A stretch of DNA of 64,000 nt from Lytechinus pictus (taxonomy: Eukaryota), in contig NC_087251.1 in the NCBI RefSeq assembly GCF_037042905.1, forward strand, positions 16,618,001 through 16,682,000, written 5' to 3'. A model generated the notes under the pieces. That model had not been told where the DNA came from. It saw only the letters and a list, made by a program, of their open reading frames with translations, and ran no database searches. Below, piece after piece: positions 24,801 through 34,700 of this stretch; the first letter of the stretch is position 1; every line of letters starts with the position of its first letter. The translations under genes and the position numbers were made by a program.

Positions 24801-27800
24801 CATCATTTAATTTCAAGATTTATGGATCGAATGTAAATATTGACTTAGTTTGTTAATTGTATTCGATTAGTTTCCTAATTTTTTAATTGATCAAGAAATA
24901 AAAACAGTTGGATGTTTATGTGTGCAACACTAATTTTTTCTCAATTAATTATTACACATATATAAAAAGCAATCCTGAGAGCCATCAATTCACAATTTAC
25001 TGCCATATTTTCAAATTAGAATGAATGAGTTCTGTATTTTTCAAATGATAAGTTTTTCTTGATCGTAGCCTACATACTCACCACACCATTTGTCTGTGCT
25101 TGATTTTCCTTCAATAAAAGAATCTGCATGTCAAAAGAATACACATAGCAAATTGATTAATTGACAAATATACCTTAATGGAATATCCTGTTGTTTGTGG
25201 ATTGAAATTATCTGTCGTTAAAACCTTTTTTAATTTGCTTTTAAATGATTTTTTGTGAATATCATGATTCCATTTTTATATTCAACAAAGGGAAACAAAT
25301 TTTCCACAAGGGGTCAATCAATGCTCAATTTAAATTCAAATTTCTACTCTTAAAATATCAATATTGTTGGTATCGCTGTTGGAGCTTATCAATTACAAAT
25401 CAATTTTTGGTCCAAAGGCTATCATAAGACTTGCAAGTCATTTCATATTCCTGATTGATTGAATAAGCCTGCTTTTTCACAACAGAAAGTAGAGATTATT
25501 TTATCAAAGTTGCAATAGGCATAGTTAGTGAAAAAAATATGAGTTAGAGTATAGCAAATATGTGGTAAATTTTCTAAACAGTCACAAATAAGCAAAGTGG
25601 GCAAGCAAAAATTTGACCTTTAAAATAGTCGAAAATTAAATCTTGTGAAAAGATTTCACACAATACAGAAAATAATTTCATATTTTACCCTTTTCCCTTT
25701 ATTACCTTACTCCCCCCCCCCCTTCCTACCCTCTGGTACATCAGTGGTTAAAGCTGATCTACCATTTTAAAGTTTGCAATCAATTATAACATCATCTTAA
25801 TCTACTTATTTTATGATGGTGATAATCATTGTCAGCGAGCATCCATTTTGGATTTTAGGAGATTAAAAATTTGAATCTTGGATTTCCCCTTTCTAGGATG
25901 CTGACTCATATCCTGCAACCACTGCCATGGACCAATTGGCAGGTTGTCCTTTTTATCCTCAGGCTATAGTTACATATATTTAGTTTTTGATTTATAAAAC
26001 CAATTATTTTATATAAAAATAATAAAATGTATATCCAGATCATTTGATAAAACCCACTTAGTCCTGTACATATATGTATCCAAGTCATCTCTCAATCACC
26101 ACTATTGAGTAACAAGAAGCAGATCCATATGTAGTACCGGTACTTAGTACTTACAGTTGCTTTGTAATACAAAAACAATGTAAGGAATAAATATCATTAA
26201 CGGAATATGAGCCCCCATACTACATGACTATATCACATATTTCTTTTTTTTTGTATCATGTTTAATCCATTCTACATGTAAACTGTGTATGGTCATTTAT
26301 TTTCTAAAGTTCTATTCTGGATATTCTCTGTATATTGACTTTGTTTCATACTTCAAATTAAGTAGGTCGAAATATCGGTGCATAAGTTTCATTGTAAAAT
26401 AATTGTTTTGCTTTTTTCAAATTGACAATCAAATTTCTTTAAAATTGTCAACTTATAACTCAAACTGTCATATTGATTTTCCCAACCTTACTGACCATTC
26501 TATAAAATATGAAATCTATTTAAAAAAATAGACATATAGGCCTATACAGGTTTTGCAGATAAAAAAAACACACTAACAAAAAAAAAGTCTCATAACCGGC
26601 TAATTTATCACTAGAATCCTCATCAATTTTCCGATATCTTCATATAATCATCATCACCATCACAACCACCATCACAATCATGATTATCAAAAACATCATC
26701 AGTATGATAAAAGTCATGACCATTAACTTTGAACAGTCTTCACTGTCAACACCATTGTTGTCATCACCATTCGTTCATTCATTATCACCGATTACGATTA
26801 TTTATCATAGATCTCTGAGCGTTTCCAGTATATTTCTGGTATACTACTACTAATCATCATCATCATCCCTGACATCATCCCCAAGATCACTCACACGTAT
26901 TGCGAGGTTAGTATTAGTATACTAACCTCGCACCATGAACCGCGTTTGGCAGTGGATTTCTAACTAGTGGGTCGCGCGTGCTGCGATCCCACTTCTGGTG
27001 TCTACAACACACGACTTCTATGGCTTGATTTTTCTGTAATGAACCCTTGAGTGCCCCAAGATCGCCTTCACCAGCACCAAAATCATCATGAATAAAACTC
27101 AACATCATCACCATCTTCCACATCGCATACACAATATTTACAATCATCGTCAACATGCATATATATCGTCATCATCATCATCACACCACCATCATCACTA
27201 CTACCTCGTGATGGTTCGTGTAGGCTCCACTAGACTACCGCTACACAAACGATGAACCAACACCCAAGGTACGGTACATCACCACCACATCCATGACATC
27301 ATCACCATGCATCATCATCAGCATCATCATCACCGCCATGCACCATCACACACCATCATCATTCATCACCCATCATTCATCATCATTACCAACATCATCA
27401 TCACCACCATTCACCAAACATCATCACCATGATCACCATAATTGATGAAGATCATGACAACATCATCATCGAAGATGATGTTGTCATGACATGATCTACA
27501 TCAATTGCCATCTTAACTTCATGATCTTGAATTGGAAGCGGAACATGATTTAACTCCCAATAAATCTCAATCACACTCAGATTCATTCAGATATCTTTCG
27601 ATCAATTAGACAAATAACTAAAAAAAACTCTAGCTTACAGCATTTAAAGCTCCCCGAATCTTGAAAGAGCCTGTTTTCTGAAGATTTTCAGCCTTGAAAA
27701 ACACATTCCTTCCTGTCAATTTGTCAACTGTACCACTAGTGAAAACTGGAGTTGGACTAATATAATTTGCTACTCTTTTCGAAGCACCAAGTATCTTATC

Positions 27801-27809
27801 AAACAACAT
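18721..27809 (-). CDS. SRR: Serine racemase / serine-threonine dehydratase family PLP enzyme (fold type II), 319 aa, 9 coding exons with two alternative copies of exon 9
   Basis: Minus-strand exons 27809-27639, 25123-25082, 24674-24508, 24118-24034, 22423-22297, 21848-21798, 20969-20842, 20500-20450, then 19992-19855 or 18858-18721 (960 nt either way). Motifs: KAENLQKTGSFKIRGA (PLP lysine), THSTGNHG, AGQGT, SGGGL, AVEP, TVAD, CGGNV. Confidence 0.92.
19855..19992 (-). CDS. SRR: SRR-like last exon, proximal copy 9a (LVVEAASAGPVAAVLSDKMKAVDPRVRNVAVLMCGGNVNIEQLPW*)
   Basis: tttttccactcag acceptor, 138 nt, TGA stop. Confidence 0.9.
   Translation of the reverse strand: MVVEAASAGPVAAVLSDKMKAVDPRVRNVAVLMCGGNVNIEQLPW
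20450..20500 (-). CDS. SRR: SRR-like exon 8 (TDDEIISAMKFTWTRLK)
   Basis: tgtag acceptor, gtaatt donor, 51 nt. Confidence 0.9.
20842..20969 (-). CDS. SRR: SRR-like exon 7 (GERMWVGPPKTLDTVAD...TWPIVRDLVEKQVFTV)
   Basis: aatag acceptor, gtatgt donor, 128 nt. Confidence 0.92.
21798..21848 (-). CDS. SRR: SRR-like exon 6 (VFAVEPEGKDLQRSLES)
   Basis: ttcag acceptor, gtaagt donor, 51 nt. Confidence 0.9.
22297..22423 (-). CDS. SRR: SRR-like exon 5 (GTIGIEICEQVQDLDAV...SGGGLIAGIA...PNVK)
   Basis: tccag acceptor, gtaaat donor, 127 nt; lies inside track ORF 22220..22504. Confidence 0.93.
24034..24118 (-). CDS. SRR: SRR-like exon 4 (KETCEHVASE...PAYDDYNVMAGQ)
   Basis: cacag acceptor, gtcagt donor, 85 nt. 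Confidence 0.92.
24508..24674 (-). CDS. SRR: SRR-like exon 3 (VTHSTGNHG...WYGADVVFCEPTQQSR)
   Basis: tatag acceptor, gtaatg donor, 167 nt. Confidence 0.93.
25082..25123 (-). CDS. SRR: SRR-like exon 2 (ILLLKENQAQTNGV)
   Basis: tgcag acceptor, gtgagt donor, 42 nt, phase 0/0; fills the expected gap. Confidence 0.85.
26640..27490. repeat. Degenerate (CAT/CAC)n trinucleotide tract in SRR-like intron 1
   Basis: Dense CATCATCAC repeats, strongest at 27080-27490, interrupted by unique inserts. Confidence 0.85.
27639..27809 (-). CDS. SRR: SRR-like exon 1 (MLFDKILGAS...QKTGSFKIRGALNA)
   Basis: First in-frame ATG after an upstream in-frame TGA; gtaagc donor; 171 nt. Confidence 0.92.
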
Positions 27810-27999
27810 TGTGTTTTCAATCAGTGACAGTCAGTCCCATTTGCACCTTCTTGACTCAAGCATACATTACATGTAGGCAATCTCAATGCTAAACATTGGG
27901 GTATAAAGCTTACTACAGCTGCAGTAAAACTACGACACCAATGACCTTATCATATCCAGACCTAGGTGGTGTCTATATTGTTTACAGGTGATGCGAATG

Positions 28000-28180
28000 A
28001 AGCAGACGCCGGTAGTGAAGAACCATTGCTTCCGGGGTTATTGGGCGGAGTTTACAAGAAGCGAGAAGGTAATTGGTTGGTTATTGACCCTCATTTCCTT
28101 ATGTGGCCAATCAAGCCGCCTATCGGTAAATTCGTGTGAAGTCGAAGAGCTCCTCAGCTCACCGCACTGTGTACTTCGTC
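28000..28180. promoter_or_regulatory. Probable bidirectional promoter shared by the SRR-like (-) and MAPKBP1/WDR62-like (+) genes
   Basis: CpG-rich patch between start codons about 880 bp apart. It has an ETS-type CTTCCGG (28029-28035), a GC box GGGCGGAG (28043-28050), ATTGG (28072-28076) and CCAAT (28107-28111) in opposite orientations. Confidence 0.65.
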
Positions 28181-28689
28181 GATAATTGAGAGAGAGTAAC
28201 ACAATTGCGTTGGCAAAATTTCACAAAAATACTTGAAAAAATGTGAAGATAATCCAACTTTCTGATCGCAACTGAAGAGTATTCCTGGTGTATTCAATAT
28301 AGGAAAAAGAGGTTCTCGGTGAAAATGCGTAGCTATAATTAGCTATCCGAAGATGTCATATGTCTGGAGATCGAGAGTGACCGCTTTCGTGGCATTCTCG
28401 TACGCTAGCGCATCGGCCTAGGTCCTCTCTGAATAGCCGCTACTGTGACTGTGAGCTAAAGCAGTGCTGCCAAGTCTTTTCTGCATTCAGCTGTGTACTG
28501 CATTCCCGGACCATGCCCGAACTGCATTGCCACTTTCAACATGGATTATCGATTGGATCATTACATGTGAATGTTCACAGTTACCAGCCAGAGTTGTACT
28601 TTAAATTTTAGAATGATTTAAAATTCTAATTTCTATCTTCATTGAAATATTTATTTTATTGGCTTTGGGTGTAAACCAAAATAAAAAGA

Positions 28690-28797
28690 ATGAATAATCA
28701 ACGGCCATCTTCGCTCGCGGTTGGAGAAAGGAAAAATCGCATTGTTGTTCGTGGAACAGGAGCAGGAAAAAGAAAAAACAAGACTTTGAGTCAAAAA
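28690..28797 (+). CDS. MAPKBP1: MAPKBP1/WDR62-like exon 1 ([17 protein letters not shown]...[10 protein letters not shown])
   Basis: ATG 28690, gtgaga donor, phase 0; basic N-terminus ending LSQK, like vertebrate LSSK|VTLEK. Confidence 0.75.
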
Positions 28798-31700
28798 GTG
28801 AGATAATCCTCTTTTTTTTAATTCTCATATTCATTGATTAAATTTTAGTCATGTTAAATAATTTAGAATAGTGTACAATAATGTTGATTTGGTCATTCAA
28901 TGAAATGTTAAAAATAAAAGAAGGTCAGAAGGCATGGAAGGTGTCTTGCCTCTAACTTAGCTGGGAGTGGGAGTTTTTTTGTATGATAGATCTACTATTT
29001 TTAAAAATAAGCCATGTTTGGCCCACTGCAAGGCCAAGTTGGTGCCAAACATCTTGAAAATATCAAGTTCCTAATTTGCACATTAAATGATGTTGACCAG
29101 TATTTGTATTTCTTTCAAATTTATACCGAATTAAACCTTTAAATTATTACGTCCTGGACCTGGTATCATTGTGTGATTTATGCAAATCGATGTCTTTGAT
29201 TTGCATATATATATAAATCACATAATATGCACTACCACAGTTACAGTACCAGGTCCAGGATGTAATAATTTAAAGGTTTAATTCTGTATAAATTTGAAGT
29301 GTAATTCAACTTCCCTTTCTTAAAATTTTTTTTCTTAGGTCACCTTGGAAAGAGTACTTGGAATAACCGTTAAGGACAACTGTACGTTGACCTGTGACCC
29401 GAACACAGGTCATGTGGCTTATGTTGCTGGGTGAGTAATAAGGATCAACCTGGGGGCAGTTTCATACAGAGAACTTTACAACTGTTGTAACTTTTTCATT
29501 ATGGCAACTACCATGGTAACAGGGCTCAGCAGCCAATCAAAATCAAGGTTACCATGGTACATGTAGTTGCCATAATGGCAAAGTTACAATAGTTGTATGC
29601 AACTTTGTATGAAATGGGCCCCAGTTGTTATACCTTTCTGAATATAGTGGAAAATACTTTTGGTTGTACAGTGTGTTTTGCTTTTGAAAATTTTAATGTA
29701 GACCTATTTTCTAAATACAACTATTACGTAGTTCTACAAACATATGTAGATGTGACTTTTCTGTATAATATTCATTCTGCGTCTTGATGTCCAGAACATG
29801 TCCTGTTTTGCTCCAATGGTTGGTTGGTTAGATGATTTTTATTTTAAAATCCATTAATTTTGACTATTATCGCCTTCTTTATAATAACCAGAAATATTTT
29901 TCATTGTTTTTTTTTTCATTACCGTATCATTCGTCCACTCATAAAAAATCATTCATGTGTGTAGATTTTTTTTAATTTGGAAATCTTTAAGATTGCTCAC
30001 CAAGTCCGTGTATGCGCTATCCTGACAAACTTGCTTGTGTTACATGTACATGGCAAGTGTTTCTCAGGTATAAAATCCCCTATGTCTTCAAGTGCAGACA
30101 AGGGGGTGCTCATTGTTATCATAGACTTTATACATGTACATGTGACTCTGGCTAAGGCTGAGGCCAAGACCGACACAATGCGGCATCGAGGCTGGTCTGA
30201 CTCTTGACTACATCCCTGTCAATTATCATAAAATAATAAAAGACACTACAAATACTCTAGTCAGTGATTTGTAGAGTATGTAAATGTATGTATCTTGGAT
30301 TGCCAACTTCAGCCTGTAATTCTTACCATGTCCCCACTCGTAACTAGTATTTACTCTAGTGAATACTGTATACAGTAAGCTGGAATTTTTGTGATTTTAT
30401 TTACTAGGTCCAACTCTGCCACAGTTGCCATTCTTGTAAACCAATATTGTGAATGCAAAAATCTGTGACTATAGTATGCTGAAAAGAATAAAACTAGAAT
30501 GATGAAGATATAAAATATTGGCTGATACATGTACATACAGAGGGGGTGGGGCTGGGACGTGGGTGCTTAGAAAATAATTTAACATTCATTCAATTTTAAA
30601 TCATGTACTACAAGGAAACTGCTCTTTTCCATTCATGTTAGTACCAGGGGCCTATTGCGTTTAAAAGTTTTAAAAAATAATTTATTAAACCATTAAAATG
30701 AAAACTTGCATTAATACCATTCAACCATGACTTCAATACAGGAAGTAAAATTCAGGTAAAAATAACATGAGTTTTCTCCAGTAAAAGGTTTGTGCAACAG
30801 GGCACAGGCAGTAAAGTCTTGATGGAACATCAAAATTTGTAAACAAATGACTTCACCAGGAAATGGTCTGGAAACCAGATGTAGCCTGCATCAGAAGGCC
30901 ACAAAAGTTAGAAAACACTACCGAGGCTCATACAAAGTTCACCACACTGACTACAAGTCTATACATGTACCTTCCAATTTTATGTCAGTCTGTACCTCTC
31001 TTATCTGTATTATTATTATTTTCCCCAAATTTTGTGTCAGTCATATCACAGCTGGGTTTGTAGGATTTAGTATGGAAGAAAGAGCAAGGGTAGGGGTAAG
31101 ACCTGCAGATTAACATCCTTTGGTCAGACTCCAAAAAAGAAGATACATACTGGATACATCTGCACATTTGCAAATTTGGTTACAAATAATATAATATTTT
31201 CATAAATTTCTACTGACCCCCCCCCCAAAAAAAAAGATAACTTTAGGACGATTCTTAAAATACAGCAATTCTGTGTTTGGTACATGTAGATCTATGAAGA
31301 ATAGTGTACTGTTATGGATAAAAATCCAACAAATGCACACCCCCCTCCTTTCAGTGTTTAGCTTTGTGACAAAAGTTGATTTAAATTTTAATTGGGGTAT
31401 ATACTTCATATTTCTGCAAGGATGTATTGGAAATGCTTGAATTAGATTCATATCTTGGCCTAAATATTTACTTGGTTCATACAGTATATTTAGGGCCTAC
31501 ACAATTGAATATGATCCAATAATCATGTTGCTGAATTAAGGATAAATTAAAATACTGCACAAGATTTTGTACTACATACTACTTCAAGTATAAAAGCAAG
31601 ACTATCTGACTGCCTGTGGACAGGCACTCATTATGATTTAGGAATGCGTAATAGTAGTTAAGTTGGCTGTGAATCTGCTAGAGACATTTAATCACAGTGA

Positions 31701-34700
31701 CCTGAATGAAATGAAATCATATTTCAGCTTGCACCTTCACGCAGAGCTCACAGCAACACTGTGGGTTCGCATTTCATCCAGTAGAAATACCCAAGACCTC
31801 CAGTCCATGTAGTTTGTTGACATCTGGATGGGGTGTAATATGTTGCCCTTTCAAATTGACCTACAAATGTTGTTTTAATGACCATGCTTCAATTTAATGT
31901 GAAGGATCAGCATTCAGCAATCACTATCAGTATAGGCCTACTGTATCGCTATGATATCTTTTTCTTCTCCTTTGATCCATTTCTCTCTCTGGAATTAGCT
32001 TTCCCTCTCTGTTTCTCTGCCTGTCTCTCCCCCCCCCCCAAAAAAAAAAGATTTCAGCTGCCGAAATATACGAGTCTTTGATGCTGCTAAGTTTTGGGTT
32101 GGTCAAAACTCTAAAGTTCATCATCTACTTCAAAATTTTGGCCCACCAAAACACACATTCACAACATGTTACCTTGGATTTTAGGCTGTTCAAAAACTCT
32201 TTTTATCCTTTCCCACCAGTGACCAGTGTAAGGCTTGCCCTGCTTGGACCTGAACCACCGTTTTGCCAGGCCAAACTTTGGGCCAGCGAAAATGATTTTC
32301 AAGACCTGTCAATTGGTTTCACCATTTTGTTGTACTTCATGGTTTCACATGACAATTTCGGATGACCCAAAGGATCTTGATTAAAAGCATCTCTCTGATC
32401 TGTCTTTCTCCCTGTCCCCTTTCAGCACTACCCCTTCCTACCCCCCCCCCTTCCCCGATATCTGCCAATGCTCACTCATAGCGCACTCCAGCAAAGTGTT
32501 TTGACCCAAAATCTCATGTTTTGCTCCGAAGCAGGTGTGAATTCAAATTACTTGTGGGCTGTTGCGAAATCTTTGAACATGTAATTGAGTTATTACACAT
32601 GTTATTTTGTGTTTTTTATCATATTTTTTTTCTTTATAGAGATTTTGTTCTTTTCTGTTAATTTGTTAGAGACATAACTGACATTTAAAATAAAAAAAGT
32701 TTCATTCAAAACAGTGGACCGTGGACTCATGGATAAAATAGCATAGTTAACCATGGCAACAGGCATCAATTTGGCATGCTGTGGCAGCGCACATCAGCAT
32801 TGGGATATCTTTTTAATATACACAGTAAATAAGTGTAATTTATGCAGGAAATCTGCATAAACCATGGGTTAAAAACTGATGGTTTTCAAAACCACCTTTG
32901 TGAATTCAAGCCTTAGGCTGTTCTTTCTTTAGTGCTTCTTCTTAAACTGCATTTCTATACATGTAAGCCTTCTTATTCATGGTTTCTGACCAGTGGGCTG
33001 AATCTTTATTATGGACTCCTAATGACTCTGGATGTTTGTCCACATGAGCCAAAGAACACTTGAATAAGGAAAATCAATGCAAGGTTCTTTGCTAATCCAA
33101 TGAATATAAGTTTAATTTACTTGAAGGTAACAGAATAACAAATAAGGAAGAAACTTTCTTTTCATACATGACCTTTAAAACAAGAAATGAAAATGTACCT
33201 TGTTGTAGGTACATGTAGGCCCTTTGTAGGACTATTGTAGTTTAGAAGTTTTGCATGGAATGAGGATTTTTAGGTCCTTTCTTGATGTTCAGACAGTTAA
33301 TTGTAAAATTAGTTGAACTCAATTTTTATGTTCAATTTAAGCATGACATGTCATGCCTTCATGTAGGCAACATTAATTTATCAGTAAAAATGTATTTTCA
33401 ACGAGACATCTCTATACAGTTGTAATCATCCACTTGGGTGAATTTGATTTGTTATTCAAAATTTTGAAAAACAAATAAGATCTTCTGTAATAACTACTTA
33501 GATCTATGGGTTTTGCAAGAGAGTCTAACATACATTTATAGGTTCTCTCACTGGTTGGTCTAAAAACTAAATTCTAAGATTTTTGTTGATTCAGGTTATA
33601 AATAGTACATGTAAATGAACAAGTTAACAAGATAAGTTTTGTCAGGTTATGTGTCGTAGGGAGCAATGCTTTCTGATGAAGGCCTACACATGACGACATG
33701 CATGTGTACAACTTGTTTCATTGCAGTGTTTAGTCACAGTTTGTGGTTTTCTAGATTAACTCAGAGCTTCCAAGTCTCCCGGATCCTGCGGGAGAATACT
33801 GGATTTCGATCCAATCTCCCGTTCTCCCGACCCCTTGCCAAAATCTCCCGGATAATTGTGATTTTTAGCTGTTCAATTGTAAAATTCATACAAACGACTG
33901 TTTTACGAGTCTAGCATGTTCAACTCCCTTTACACCCACGTGGAAACTCCTTATCACATTTTCATTTTACCCAGTTACTTTTACCAGTTTTTGTATAATC
34001 GTACATTGATTTCCAATGTAAATGAAGATAATTTTACCGAACGACTGGTGAATTAGTCTAACAAGCAATTTTTTTTTCTGGTTCTGCAATGTGCGTGATG
34101 GAAACACTTTAGCGGCACTCCATGCACATGCCCCCCGACGCGCCCCGGCGCGGCACTGCCTGGTCTCCGGTAGACTGCGCCGCGGCAGGAGGCTATGCGA
34201 GAAGGGAAGTCCGATGCATTTTTCGGAAGCTTTTGTGCGCTTTATTCGAGCTGAAACTGTGGATCAACGATGGGTTACTATTATAATTACACCCTGACTT
34301 TTAGGAATAATTTTATTGACAATCCTGAAGAGCAGAACTTGAAGCAAAGTGGAGATTTTTTTGCCTACTTTTACTTGGGTTGATCGGATTCGAACATTTT
34401 CCCTTTCGTGAGTGAGCTAGCCTGGCGCTGGCTGGCTGTGCGTGCTTGCTACAAAAAGGCAATTTTCACAGGAATCCCTCGGCCCTCAGAGACTTTAAAC
34501 AGGCCACATATAAGTCTTTACAGGGCACACATGAGTATTACAGACCCCCATTGACTCACGTGTTAAATCATAGCTCATCAAAAAATCATCAAAAATCAAT
34601 CCCTCGATAGATTTTGCTTTAATTCTCTGACATTAGCCACAATTAATTGTACATTAAGACCTGATATGTTAATCGGGTACTTGCCCGGCTCAATCAAAAG

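Noticed and set aside
27988..28068. ORF MRMKQTP...TRSEK with a phase-0 GTAATT donor as MAPKBP1 first exon
   Set aside because: It overlaps the promoter motifs. 28690-28797 gives a better homologous junction (LSQK|VTLE).
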